Origin: Lytechinus pictus
Lineage: Eukaryota
Assembly (NCBI RefSeq): GCF_037042905.1
Contig: NC_087251.1
Location: 19,718,001-19,782,000, forward strand
Length of the DNA stretch: 64,000 bases
Reading direction: 5' to 3'
The notes under the pieces were generated by a model, which ran no database searches, was not told where the DNA came from, and saw only the letters and a list, made by a program, of their open reading frames with translations. The translations under genes and the position numbers were made by a program. Shown piece after piece: positions 24,256-39,400 of this stretch (within the stretch, counting starts at the first letter, position 1; each line of letters begins with the position of its first letter).

Positions 24256-24443
24256 CTAGGCGTTGTGATGTGTGTCTGTTATCCAAACTTCTTAGGGAGG
24301 TTCGAAGTTCAAGTCTTCATCACGTCTTTCGAATGGTGACCTTAATTCTGTATGTCTGTATAAGACTCACCCCCCCCCCTTAAAACACACATCCTCGCAC
24401 ACGCACCCTCACACACACACCCTCACACACCATCACACACACA
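24256..24443 (+). mobile_element. SINE with 7SL-RNA-derived head, copy 3 (old, CpG-decayed, internally deleted)
   Basis: ctaggcgttgtgatgtgtgtctgttatccaaact...gaggttcgaagttcaagtc...tcacgtctttcgaatggtgaccttaa followed by a CA-rich tail. Confidence 0.75.
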
Positions 24444-27400
24444 CCCAGTCTTGCAATTTGACAATCGGGGACTCATTTGCTATCACGAAAGTGAGGACGT
24501 GTGTTTACGGTCTCATACACTCCAAATTTTGAATTTGATCCACTAACCGGGCTCATTTTAGGACAGTACATGAGCATAGTTCGCTGACCGGGGACGCTCC
24601 GTACCGTCATACACACCTTAACTTAAGTTTAATTGGCCGAAATGAGTTTTTTTTACGTATCATGAGTTAACTATAATATGAAACGGTTTAAAATGAGAAG
24701 CGGAATGGGTTGGCATGGCTATCTTGATCGGGTTGAAGGACGTCCCGGGTTGATTAGTATAATGTGAAGAAACGTTTCCACAAGTATATAAATACAAACT
24801 CAATCAAAGACGCACACCCCCACCCAGAGACCATTTCAATCTTGAAAGTTGTTTTAAAAGCCCAGATATTTAAGGGACATTTCCATATACTTGAAATAAG
24901 GTTTGAATGTTGTGCTACCTTCCAAAACCTTCGGTTCTTTTGACTCGACATGACGGGAAAAAAATTTCGGTACGGTGTATTAGTTTTATTCGGTTCGGTG
25001 TACTAGTCTATGATCAATCAAATCTCTTCTGCAATCTCTGAAGAAGTTCATCTTGTGATTTGTGTAGTGACATGAGGCAAAGTTATTGAGTCACCGTCAA
25101 TAAAAAGTTCTTGATTGTGAAAGTCTTGTCTGCTGGTTCCACCAATCAATTTGCCTCTAAAAGGTCAATTGACCAAACAAAGAACGAATCATTATTATTA
25201 TTTTTTGTTGGGGGGGGGGGGATGGTTTGCAAATTGTTTATGACTATAACAGCTGTTTTGTGTGTGTTTCTTAAACCTCATGTTAAGGACTCCTTAACAA
25301 TTATATTGAACCAATCATGTTTAAGAAGTTAAAGAACCTGCTTCGTTTTTGGAAGTATTCAAATATCGCCATCATAATTAAAAAAACGAGTAAGATATCA
25401 TTTATCGAATATTCTTAATCATTTCATTTCTTAAATGTTGAACATGGGAAAGAGGGTGTTCCAAAACTGCATTACGTTATTGCATCAAAACATTGCATAA
25501 CAATGGTGATAGCATTATTTCATCATTATTAATAATGCAATGGCAGAAATAATGCTAGGTCGACTTGCCTTGTGCAAATTTACGATTCAGGTTACATTTT
25601 TTATGAAAGATATAATCATATCGAGGCACTTCACATAAACGTATTAGTTAGCCAAATCACTTTAGTGACTAAGGTACTAACTGTTTTACTTTTTATTTGA
25701 AGTTACTTCAAGAACCCACCTATTTTCGTACATTTTGGTAAATTGCATATTTTGGTAACTTACCAAAATATGCATTGTATCAAAATATATCGTAGCACCT
25801 CTCCCTTATCGACTAAGTTGAACAGACCCACCGTTCATTTCATACTTTTTATTAAAAGTATATCTTAAAAGTTATTTCGCATCATGATTTTATTGCACAG
25901 AGCTTATTTTATGATTAAAAAAAACTGTTTTCATGGTTTTAGTTCTTTCATTGAAATCAATTTATGTGCAAACGCAAAGCATTGTGGGAATACTCGAAGG
26001 CGGCGGTGTAAACGTTCCACCACTAGATTATACATGTATGTACTTGAAAATCTTGTGCGAGTCGAAACCTACATTATACGAATCAAACACATATCCCCAT
26101 TAAATAAGTAGGTTCTCAATCGAAGAAATTAATGAATAATTCACGGAAAATCGACAAGCAATTCAAGTGTTACTGCGTTTAAACCACATAACTGCTCATG
26201 GCTCTGACCTAATTCGTATACAGTCCAAAACCGCCATCTCAGCTCATTGGTAGTCTTCAAGAAGCCGGAAATATCCAAATGTGCGGTAGAGCAAAGAAAG
26301 CTATGTTTTCATTGAAGATCAAACGGGTACCTCATGACATGAATTGGTCAAACAAGAGGGAGGGTGATACTTTGAATCAACAGATAGAAAGTTGCACACA
26401 ACACTCCACCAATTTAACACCTTAACCGGAACACCAATATCAACCAATGATAGAACGTCTGGTAGTGTAGACTATTCAAAGATTCGCAGTATTACAGACC
26501 ATAACAATGGGGCTCTTTCGAGCAAAGGAGGGCGTAGGGACCCCACCACTTTAATTAATTGGTTTCAGGTTTCAAGTGAACTTTAAAAACCTGATATGCG
26601 ATACCCTGCGTGAAAATAATATACGTAATGGCCGGCTTCGCCAGGCCTTCCCTAAATTGAAAATTTTTACCCTGCGCGGACGAGAAAATGATATAATATT
26701 TGTCGTGATTTTAGACATGGCTTGGAGAAGAATTAATTCTCGTTACAGCAGGCAGATGAGAAACACACGCACACTCACCCACACACACACACACACCGTA
26801 CAAACCATTCATCTTTTAAATAAAATGCATACATAAGATTTGAGCAAGTTGTACACAATTTCTTAGCCCGCATGAATGGACTGCGGCATATTTAGAGTAT
26901 TCTCTTTTTATTTCATTCTCTGTGCCTCTAACGGCCCGCGTGCACCCGCAGCTATCATGGCTATGGACGATGTTTAGGCAAAAGTTTTGGAATTAATTTT
27001 GTCAAAAAATACTGTGAGCCATGGGTTCAATAACCTAAGCGATAGGGAATCATTCAAGATGGATATTTCACTGATGGAATGATAAACTCCTTAGGCACTG
27101 GGTTGGTTGTGTTGGATTAGAATAGTTCCTGGCAACGTGTGAATTTTTAGCCTACCTATAATACTTGAAATGAATCGGAATGAAATGGAATTTCAAATAT
27201 GCATCAGATAAGCTGTAAGATACACAATGGAAATATTGTGTACAATCTATCTTTATGGAAAATATAATGATTGAATTAAACTTTTTTTCACTGTGTGGAT
27301 AAGTCAGTGGGTAGTATTCTGATGGTTAAGTTAAACCCGGGTTAACTTAGACCACAATTTTATGGGTTGCCAGTTGTCAACCAATTAATCAATTAAAAAA

Positions 27401-28519
27401 TATTATCATACTGGTGCAAATTATTGTAAGAAAAAGAATCGAGCCGTTAAACCGCGAATTTAACTATGTGAACACAGTGTGTTTATTATCACACAGAGCG
27501 AGGTACCGTTACACTTTGTATTATGTAGGGGCGTCGATCCATGTTTCGGATTGGGGAGGGGGGAATGAAAAAAATGTCCAGAGTTTTGTATGTTTGATAT
27601 TTTGTCATGACCTTATTATGGTATCATCGTGCCCTCTGATGGTAATTAGAACATATATATATATATATATATAACGGTTAATTTATGCTTTATTATGGAC
27701 CTGTCCATCAGTAGTAGATGTTAAAGTACCAGACACGAAAGTGGAAAATGTGAATAGGCCAATATCATTATTTTTCGTATGATGATAATCATATGAATAA
27801 TATCTTGATATATAATCGTTTCAAATCCAAATGAGTAATTACCTACATGGGTAGAGCAATGGGTACTTGAACCATTAATATCACACTCATACCGGCGTAC
27901 ATAATTACAACTCGTGTTTTCATCTAAGACTAAAGACTAAACTAAATGTGAAGAATAGTTAATATTCATTTGAATTGGAAGGGTGCACAATAATAAGTTA
28001 AGCTTTCTGAAAAGCTTGCAGACCTGGCGATATCTTTTATTCAATAAAAATCACTGTTATATAACTATTCCCATTTTTGTTTTGTTGATGTTCTTTTCTG
28101 GTATCTTTGCATCAAAGTTGTTCAGCAAAAGTAACTCATTTTCTCGTGGTTTCGTTTGTGATGATTTTCTAGAGAAAAGTACGTCCAACCTATTGTGTTG
28201 ACCCTTAAATACGATTAGCCTTACCGTGTTGTGAATTGACGGTGCACATAGCTAAGTACATGGGACCAAAGTAACTCGACCCCATCTTACACTTTTATCA
28301 TCCTGCACTGCTTTCCTATGAAAGAATCGTGGATACAACGCTAAGGAAGCCATCTGATTAACATTGTGCCAGCAGAGAACAAATACGCCAATTGGAATGA
28401 CGTTCGATATTTTTTGTTTAAATGGGGCGAGTAAATACGTCTGTACGTGACATCAGTGGGGAAAGATTTGTAGTAAAGATTGAAATGCATTCTCACCAGG
28501 TGTTTGGGAAAGGTATTCT

Positions 28520-28700
28520 CTTGCAAGATTGGAATGTGTCGTGTCCGCTCGCCATCACAGCAAGGCGCGGCCGACTAATTAGCCCAGGTCGCGCGGTGTG
28601 ACATCGGCGCATGCGCGTCAGGTGAATTAGGCTTGAGATGCGGCTATCACTTTACAGCGGCCATCTGGGTGCATGGGCAGTGTGATACCGGATACGGGTA
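28520..28700. promoter_or_regulatory. Candidate cis-regulatory module (CpG-rich patch)
   Basis: NRF1/P3A2-type gcgcatgcgc at 28607-28616, ctaattag homeodomain site and caggtg E-box in locally GC/CpG-rich, non-repetitive sequence. Confidence 0.35.
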
Positions 28701-29633
28701 TCATATATCGGGTGGTACACCGCCTCACTGTCATTCGATCCTCGAAATGAAAGGAGATCGCATTGTGGAGGCGTTGTCAAATCGACAAAACCGCTAATGA
28801 TCTATGAAATCATATCCCACGGCGAGAGGACGGCTAGGATACGACCGGTTTGGCATAAAAATCCGCAAGGACCCCGTTGATGTGGGAAAAATCCCATGTT
28901 GCCTCGGCGGCTGTCCACCTGACAAGGTATGGAACACTCATCCTCCCAAAGCTCTTTCGCCTCTTCCGTTCTTCAATGCCTCTAATTCTTATTACCCCCC
29001 CCCCTCCCCAACCCTTCCCAATCTCGAATAGTAGCGTAGGCAAGCTTTCAAGCAGGGGGTGAAGATGGAACCAGTCGACGAAGGAAAAAATGGTCAATGA
29101 TGATGTCACATCAATATGCATGGTTACAGACCTACTTTTCATTAGCATATAGTGAACCACACTCTACATCCGTTCAATGACCTGGCGTTCTGATAAATCA
29201 AACTTTACCGGCAAAAGTTAACATGAGGTTGGATGATAAATAAAATGTAATATCGGAGACTAATGTCATGACTACAAACTGCCTGGCGGAAACGGAAAGT
29301 AATAACTAATAACTATTGTTTATATATATACTAGTATATATATGTGTGTGTGTGTGTGTGTGTTTCATTTAGAGCTTTGAAAATGCGGACGAATCTTTCA
29401 TGTAAAATCAAACCATCATCAACAAAATCCCAATGCGTTTTGATATGAAAATTGCCATGAAAAATGTAAACACCCACTGTGATATGCCATTTTCACCGTT
29501 ATGAGGTCCCCATGCCTACCCCTCTCCTACTCCACCATAAATATGCCTAGGCTAAGCCATCCTGTTTGAACACCAACATCTGGCCCCCTGATCTTCCTCT
29601 CAATATAGATGCCAACATGACCAAGGTCAACCA

Positions 29634-30050
29634 TCCACACTCACCCACATCTACACCCGCACTCACCCACATCGACACACATCCACACTCACCCACATCG
29701 ACACACATCCACACTCACCCACATCTACACCCATCCACACTCACCCATATCGACACACATCCACGCTCACCCACATCAATACACATCGACACTCACCCAC
29801 ATCAACACACATCGACACTCACCCACATCCACACACATCGACACTCACCCTCTTCGACACACATCCACACTCACCCACATCGTCATACATTCACACTCAC
29901 CCACATCGACATACATCCACACCCACCCACATCGACATACATCCACACTCACCCACATCTACATACATCCACACTCACCCACATCTACATCCATCCACAC
30001 TCACCCACGTCTACATCATACCTACCTCTACTCGCATCGACACCCACCCC
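29634..30050. repeat. CA-rich minisatellite (acactcacccacatc(g/t)acacacatcc variants)
   Basis: Visible directly; accounts for the His/Thr/Pro ORF 29566-30117. Confidence 0.92.
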
Positions 30051-33000
30051 CATCAACGCACTCTTCACATCCAGCACACATCCTTGCCTTCCGAAACATA
30101 CACTACCCCCTCCCTAACACACCCTTCTGCACCTTCCCACACACACGCACAAATAAAAACACAACACAGCCAAATAATAGATCTGGGGCCCGTTAATAAT
30201 CGTATAACTTTTTTTATCTACAATTAATGTAGAGCTAACGATTGATCGATAACCTTTGTGTTAAGGGACCAAGAATTTATTGAAATTCCTTTTAAATCTT
30301 TGTACAATTATTTTTTAGTAAAGAACCATTATTTTATTCATTATTAAAGAAAAATGTGATGCACTATTATCGGTGAAAAGGAAGACTTACATTGCTCATC
30401 ACATTCATGCCAATGATATCTTGTTTCAAATACTAGAAATTATGCAATTATTTATTAAACATCGTCAGTAAGGGCAAAACATACCATAGGGTTTAGTTTC
30501 AGGACCGACTATCAAAGATTTACTACCGATTTCTTTTTCCTTAGTTTTCAGCCTACTTAGAGATTCTATTTTGCACATCTGTATACAACTGGATTCATAA
30601 GAAATTAATGACATCAATTGTGTGATGTTGGCAGGAGAACCTTGAACAATATTCTAGAATTAAAAAAAAAGATAAATGTAAGACTATAAAGAAAAGAAAG
30701 TGTTTCAAAATATCTAGCATAAATCAGGGAATCAATCAAGATTACCTTCAACATGATATTCACAATACCATGGGGATATTAATGAGTGGAAAATATTTTG
30801 CACAGATACCACTGTTGAAGGATAAACCCTCATATTTTGTTTAACACATCATTCCTTAATATTGGATCTCATTCTCACCACACACCCACAATAACCACGA
30901 TCGTAATTCTCATCATCTTCATCACCATCATTTTTTTCTTTCCTAGTACATTTTCCATCATCCCAAGTAGATCAGCAGCTACACCAGAGAAGGCCTATCG
31001 TCACTCAGGGGCCAGCGAAACCTGACCAATTGTTTCCCCTCCAGAAACCCTTCGAAAGGCAATTAAGTTGATATTCCCTCGCTATCCAGGTCACGCCATT
31101 TTAGACAAATCATAATAGTTGACCCTTAGACATTCAGAAGATAAGATACGTCTTCGACCAGAGCTTGGCGGAAGGAAACTTCACACCCCGAGGTTCTTCT
31201 AATCTACCAATATGTGGTATGGTGGTCTCAAACAAAGACAAAAAGGAAAAACTGCAATACCACTTTTTGTATCGTCTTACCCATCTGGATTACGTGTCGC
31301 ACGCAGCTGTGAATAAGTTAACCTCTATAATCGACAGTGTATGCAAATTTTATTCTATCCTTGACTCAAGATTTATCAATAACTTGGGTGATAGTTGTTA
31401 CATTAATCTATTGAAATATGATATCGGAAAGTTTACTCTCATCCCATTACTAATCTCTTCCTCCTCCTTTCTCTTTCTATATTTTGACTAAGCTTTTCTC
31501 TTTCTGCATCTTCATCTAGAGACCCTCTTTCTCCGTCATCCATTCATCAGCAAATTTGACCCCTTCTCGTGTTTTTATCTCTGACTGGCTCAAGGGGTCT
31601 GCTGTCTATTGATGAGATTCATTTCATTCATTGTCTAATGGTCACGTTTCGTAATGTACGCTCCTGTTTACATAGTCGCCCCAATATTCTTCATTGTTTC
31701 CATCTCTTTTTCCCTTCTAATTCCCCCTTAACATTCAATTTGTCATGATTTGTGATCCAATTTGATCACTATAATTAATTTGTTATTCAAGATGACTTTC
31801 TGTTTCATAATATTTGTAAAAAAAATTATAAGATGATTTTGTAATGTGACCCTAAATATCTTTGGATTATATGAATGCCCTAACCGAAGAAAAAAATACA
31901 AAAATGATAGAGTACATCTACATTATAAAACATTGATATTGTTTCTGTTCGATCCCAAAGTATGCGATGAAAACCAATGTTATTGTTGATGATGCATTTG
32001 AAATTTTCTTTTTGGGTAATCTGATAATTAAAAAAATTCTTGCAAGACGAGGCATATCGGAATCATCACATGTTCAAAAATGGTCCAATTTAACTGCAAT
32101 GTAATTACTCTTTATTGACAAGTTAATTGTGTATTATTTTTCAATTGGAAATCGACTTTAAACGATGTATGGACATTTGGTTCGCGCATTGGTACGATTG
32201 GATTTTGCCAATGGTAGATCAAACCGACGAGTTCATGACACATTTACGATAATCTCACGCATATGCACGACACATTCAGGCATTTGTGAAGAGTTGTGGA
32301 TGTCAATCTATTACAGGTTCTTGGATTCAGATATGTCTGATTTGTCTTGGGAGTGTCAATTACTTATGTAAAGTGATTTCTATAAATATCAGTATTCTAA
32401 AAAATTATATTCTATTACACTTATATAGGACTCATTTCATCACGATTGAATTATGGTACATTGGCTTGAGGCAATTCAAACAAAACTTTATCAGATTAAA
32501 TCGCAAAGGTGGATTATTAGGTTGATTAACCAATCAGACTGTTATGCACACACAAATCCGTTATATTAAAGAATAAATCCTTTAAAAAAATCCATGATCT
32601 ATACGAATTTCACTTCGGTATATTTATGTTTCAACTGTCAAAAGACGACTACCAGATATTTTGTTCATCCTTATTTAAAAAAACAACTTCATCCATCCTA
32701 CCCGTCAAAGGGACTCATTCCGCCTTCCATATACTCGTAGGTTATTTGCTCAAATGACAATTGTATTTGAAGGAACGAGGTTTTGGAATCATCTTCAAAA
32801 AGAAGTATCTAGCTGTTCATCCTTAAATACGGGTAAATTAAGATTAAAATCCTTTCTTCTAACTCAGTTAAGATGCACTGGCTGAAAAAGTAAATTATAT
32901 GAATTTATTTGTATTAATTTCTACCCTTCTAGGTTTTTTTTTAACATACGTTAAGTTTTTTTTTCACCCGCCCGTTTTCTCTCTCTTATTCTTATTATTT

Positions 33001-33305
33001 CCCCTCTTTCCCTTTCATTCTATACCACAAAATTTATTTCCACTTATCTTTTGCTCTTCCAATATAGTCTGATTTTTGTGTAGGTGTCCGATCTCCTTGA
33101 TATTTCAAAGGAACTATACATACCTGACAGGTTCCTTCATTTTTTTTCACTCTTTTATTGTCATTGTTATAATCTACTGTCAATATTTGCTAAACTGAAT
33201 TATTATAATCATAATAAAATCTTTTGCCTTGTATTATGTTACTTTTTTGTTATTTACTTTGTTAAATACGAGAATAGAATTCAATCAATCAGTCAATCAA
33301 TATAA

Positions 33306-33452
33306 CAGGGACCGCGGAACTTGAGAGGGGAGGGGGGGGGGGGTTATGGGGGCTTTTTAAAAAACCGTGTACAATAACGTAAAAATTACCAACTGATAGT
33401 GATTTTTTTGCAGCCACCCCCACCCCCCTTGATAACAGTTCCGCGGCCCCTG
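33306..33452. mobile_element. Short MITE with CAGGG termini
   Basis: TIRs cagggaccgcggaac and gttccgcggcccctg match 14/15; tataa lies on both flanks. Confidence 0.75.
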
Positions 33453-36400
33453 TATAATGTCATTTCCTCGGACACTCTGGCATTGAAAATAGATCGATGG
33501 CCTCAAACGACCCAAATTGATTGTGTGTAATACTTTAAAAGCATTTGTACATTTTTTATCATTAATAATGGGGAGGGCTGTAATGAAGAAACAGACTCCT
33601 CACTGATACAACTGAGATACATTTGCTTACTCCTGCTTAGTTACTTTTAGTTTTGTAGAGGTATAGATGGATCAAGATTTTCATAATTTGGGGCTTTTCA
33701 AACACTGTTCCATTTTGTTTGACTTTTTTGGAACAAACAAAAACTAATAATAATTGCAACAAAGACTTTCTTTCCACCCCTATTTAGTGAGGGGAGGGGA
33801 TACAATGAGGGGTATAACTCAATGTAGGGTACTTATTATCTAAAACTCTTATTAAAACGGGACACAAGCCATCTCCCCTCCCCCATTTGATCCGCCTCTT
33901 TCGTCTGATGCTGAATGATTTTCATGAGACTGGCAGACGTACCACTTTTAGGAGTCCATTCATGCCACGTCCTTGAAAGTGAAACATTGCCCTCTTGCGG
34001 CCAATAGAATACAGCCTTGATATTGTACGGTGCTTCTTCTAACAAGCATGACTAGACGAACAATAATACAAATGTGTATTATTGGAGATATTTAACTCAG
34101 CTTGATTGACAAGATAAATATTTCAGTATTTCTTTTTTTTTTGCTAAAAAACAACTGAACGACCAGGTCAATATCTTACATTTTACTCCTAAAGAGAAAG
34201 TGAATTCGGCCATTTTAATTATTTATCATTTTTGGACATTATATATGATTAAGTTCATTCGACTCTGAGGTTTAATATAGACAGGCCATCAATTCATTTC
34301 ATGTCATCCTAACATCATATTCATTACATTTCACAATTACATTAGCATACAGTGACACTTATTCTTTTTTAAATTTTTTGAATATTTTGACATTTAGAAT
34401 GATGGGCAAACTAACATGAAGCACATTTCATAAACTGATGGTCTGTATCATTTCATCATCTTCAGTTAAAGGAATAACAAAACAGTAGACAAAAACGGGG
34501 AAAATAAACTGGAAGGAGAAAGATAAAGCAGTGCAATCACCTTTCATGACAAGTGCTGAAAAGCCTCAAACCATGGACCTACGACTGTGCTGAACATTCA
34601 ACCTCGGACGTTGACCCGAGAGCTTCATGCATATTAATAACCGATTATCCAAGCTATTTCTTCCTCCGTATCAACTGAATCCAGCCTGTCGACCATATTA
34701 TGCACCTCATATTTTTTAAAATTATTTATCAAATCCATTTCTTGTTATTTCATATCTGTATTCAATCTGATTTATCTAAAATTGTAACCTAAACAGACAC
34801 AATATGAAACCTTCCTTTAAGTTAAAATCTGAGACAGAAATTATCATTTTAGTAATGTATTTACGGTTGGTATTTTTGTTCTATCTATTCGATTTAGTTC
34901 AGTGTTGTTGGTAGTTTAGATACAACCCCTATAATAGTTAGTTATTCAAATTAGTTTGTAAATGAAATAATTTGTTGGATGGAATTTGGTCAATTTGTAA
35001 AGCGATTATGACGTGCAAATGTTTGTTATTTTTACTGCATAAATAATGTATAATAATAGAAAGGAGAAAGAAAGAGTGTCTGCATTTTTTTATGTAGCAA
35101 TTCTTTGATGAAGTTCCTTTTAACGAGAAAGTATTGATTTTTCCGTAATGAACAAGCGCAAATCTAATTTTCCTCCCAATTTGAAAATATGTTGTTGAAT
35201 CCCTTGGTGAGGGAGTATGATAATTTCATTACAAAACTGGAAATATGTCAATGGATTGGTGAAACCCAATGCCATAGCATCGACTTGGAAGTAAACACTC
35301 CATGATAAGAAGCGTGCTTCTCTATGCTATTATTTGTTCATGGTTGATGAAATTGATGAACAGTAGACAAGATCTCAAACTCGCGGACACTACATGAATC
35401 TCTCAATATCATTTACATGTTTTTATTATCATTTTCATGATTTCGGTCCCCTGACCTTATAAGAAAAGAATTGTTTATTTTAGTTCATAATCATTTTAAT
35501 ATTTACCATACCTTCTCGATTAATCACTATTTCCTAGGCAGTTATCCACTGTTGCCTGCTATTGATATCAATATATACCCAAATGAACATTCTTCTTAAA
35601 GGATATTGCGTTAGGCCTCTATGTTTTCGCCATGTGCAGCTCTTAATGCATCAATAACACTGGGTAATATTGTTTGACCTCTAGAGACCAAACAGGTCGT
35701 GTCTTGTACCCATGTGGGTGTCATCACTGAATAGTATATCATTATATTCTTGTGGCGTTTGCAAATCTCGAAATTTGCCAGCGCCATGCATGCACTTCAT
35801 CACACCGGCGTCCGTTTCTAAGGATTTCTTCAAGTCGTCCATGCGCTTCGTTAATGGATGTTAATGGCCCAACAAGGAGAAGAAGGGAGGGAGGATCGGA
35901 GACAAGAAGATGAGGATGATTTTGCCTTTAATGATAAAACGAGACAATCATCTCGAATTACAACCCACTCTCTTTGGTGGCATCTCAGATTACCGTGTCT
36001 TGAAACACTTCTTCACCACATAAGCGTGACAACGGGTATGGTGATGGGACACATGGCAAGCAAAGACCCACGCGTCTCATCACATTGTCTTACCGATAAT
36101 ACATCTACACCAGTTGTGTACAGACTTATTAAGAAGAAATTATATACATGCACGACCAGCATGCTGTTCCGATTGTTGTTTTATGTTTCTTTGTTTTTTC
36201 TGAAATTTTATTGCAAGCTTCCACGAAACAGACAAATTACTGTAATAATTTATAAAAATAGGTTGGGCCGAATTAAAGACGAAATAGGACAGGATATAAC
36301 ATCAATGATTTACCTAAGAGGTTAAAGTAAAAAAAAAAACATCTTATTTATTGCGTTAAATAGATATATATATGTACTTATTCTAAAATTGCTATTATTG

Positions 36401-39400
36401 ATTTTTTGATTGATTGAAAATCACATTTATTTCCTTCAAACAGATACAAAATAATATTTGACATAGTAACGAATACAGTATATATTTCGACACAATTTTG
36501 AAGGAGGCGAAAACCCGGAAAGCAGAGCTTGAGTTGGGGTCGCCAGATACAAATAAATAACAATAACATTATGTATATACATAAAACATAAAATCAATGG
36601 TCATGGTATGATAGTCATGATAGTAATGCTATTATACAGTTGTTTTGATAATGATGATAATTATGACGATGCTGATAATAATAATGATTTTAACAATGAT
36701 AATGATAATATCAGTGCCGACAGCAACATTAAAAATGACGATGATAATAATTTTGATAGAGCATAATACTAATGACAAAAATCAATGAATGGGATAGTAC
36801 GAATATGAAGAAGAGGAATGATAACAATTATAATATTACTGATAACTTAAATATAGTAACAAATCTTGGTATTAGTAGCGATAATGGTATAGAAATATAG
36901 ACACTTTAGATTTTTACTTATAGGGAAATATAATTTATGGGAGACACGCACTAGAAATAAATCTATGAATATTAACAGGGGGTGGGGGGGGGGCTTGGAT
37001 ACCAGCAATAGTGTAGCAAGTAGCTGCATCAGATAGTATATCTTTATTGTTTGATGGTCATAAATCATATTTTTATTAAATGTTATTCTAGGTTAACGAT
37101 AAAACGCATTCTATTACAAATTATCAATAAAGATGAGTAGTAGTTTAACACGAAAATATCGTAGTCATATCGCATATAAAAAACATGGCTCTTTTATATT
37201 GGTTAAATTCAAGCATAAGAACATGATCTTAATGTTGTTATTTTCTCTGAAAACAGGATATTTCGTTATAAATTTTGTGGCATAAACATTGGTAATTGTG
37301 TCATATTTACAGTTAGAGAGCCTATAAACCCATGAACATGGTGCAGTTTCGACTAAACAGCTATAAATTATTATATTTTTCAATAATTCACTTCACAAAA
37401 ATAGGCATAATATGTACAGCATACTTTATATGGTGTATTGGATGTGTGCAAACACTTTCCTCAATATTAAAAACATCCAGTACTCCCATTTCAATAGAAA
37501 GGAATTATTATTTAATGGCATTTGGGGATTTCATTATTTCTAAATGTATTTACTGTAGTTTATCTAAAATTTGCAAAGTATGCACTGGCAAGATAAATGC
37601 TAGATCGCCTAATGTTCTTTGCCTGCACCCCTTCCATGCCTTCCCCCACGATAGGATTAAATGACTTTGATTGCAAACTCCTCATTTGTCAATACTCAAT
37701 AAGTAAAACATTATTTTCAGAGACACTTTCCCCTAAAAATATTGCTTGAAATCCCATGCAAATGTGTCTGACAGCCCTTTGAAACACCCTTTAAAGATCA
37801 ATGGCTGTCGAGATAGGAACACAAGAGCGACTGCGGTGTGTTGATTAGTAGGCCTTTATCGAGCACCAAACATGCCCAATGTTGACTCAAAAAGTACCTC
37901 GCCCTATTGCGCACCGTTGTTCTTTTCCATCCACCTTCATAAAAATCCGATTCATATTTTCATCAATCGATAAAGATGAAGAGTGAATAGGGTAAGATGG
38001 GGAGAGCGGGAGGATGTGGGTGAGAGAGGGTAAGGGGCATATGAAGGTGATGAAGGAATTAATAAGAAGTGAGAGTATACATTAGGGGAGAGGCTAAAGG
38101 AGAAGAGACGAGGAGATATAGGGTGAAGAGTAAGGGAGAGAAAAATGACGAAGACGCATTACATAAAGAAATATATAGAATGAAGGAGGGGTATTGAATG
38201 ATAATGTTTTATACCCCCCCCCTTTACTATCCACCCACTCTCTATATATGCGTCTGTGTAAATCTGTCTCTGTTTCTCTCTTTCTTTCTTCTTTTTTGTC
38301 CTCTTTATCTCTCACGTTAAAATAACGTTCTCTCTCGCTCTCTCTCCCCTCTATTTCATTCTTTAAAAAACATTTTTCGCCTACCATCAAGCAAGCATGA
38401 GCGAGTGAGAAAGGCGCGAAAAACCGGCGTTAATTTGCAACTGGAAAATTTGTGTTGATGCTGAGGCGCATTCAAACCCAAAGTTTGTTTCCTCTCGGAT
38501 TTCATGGACCGAACGGTCTCCCAACAAAAGAAAGCCCACACGAAAAATACCCGTCGCAATATTCCAATGATAATATTGAGACAGACAGAAATGTAGCGAA
38601 TTCGACGATATGTCTACTGCAAACAAATGTGTCTAATATGCAGATAACCCACTTGGTTCTTGATACCTGCATATACAGTATAACCCAGTGTGGACAATCA
38701 TGAAGGCCATAGCTTCTAGAGACGGTGTACGCCATCATGACCATTGCGCGCTCTCTTGAACACCAGGAACCCGATTCACTCTCAAAATATACATCAATAG
38801 AATGTTATACTAAGTCAACATATTAATATCCACAGGCCGAGGGTTCAGATATGTACACCGCACTCTCTGCCGGTTAAACAGAATATCATTCCAAAGGGTC
38901 ACCTTATGTCTCCTGTGCAAACTGTCCCTTTCTTTCTGATTTATGTCAGGATGTGCAACCGCCCCATCTAGGGATCACATCACTTCATTTTTGAACCATG
39001 GAATCATACATTACTAGTTTAATGTGAAAACTGTGTCGCAAAAGGAGAAGGAAATATCAGGAATCTGCTGGATTCAAATTTAGTAGGCCATTAATTATTC
39101 AGAGTAATTATCAAGGACTGCTATCTCGATGTATTCGGGGAAATAAAGGTTACTGAACGAAGGTACTCAACCTTTTCATTTAGCCGTAACAAAAATTCCT
39201 AGAATGCAATTATAATAATCCCCTTAAAAAAGCGCATGAATCATATTTTGCTGTTATAGAGCACAGAATAACTCATTTTTCATTCATTAACTTCATGTGT
39301 TGGATATTCAGACTTTCTTCCTCTATAAACATGATAAAACAAAGATACCTTTTATTCAAACCCTGTTTTTCAATGAGAGTTTTTGGTAAGACAAAAGTAG

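Noticed and set aside
29566..30117. His/Thr/Pro-rich 183-aa ORF
   Set aside because: Stop-free minisatellite with no splice or start support.
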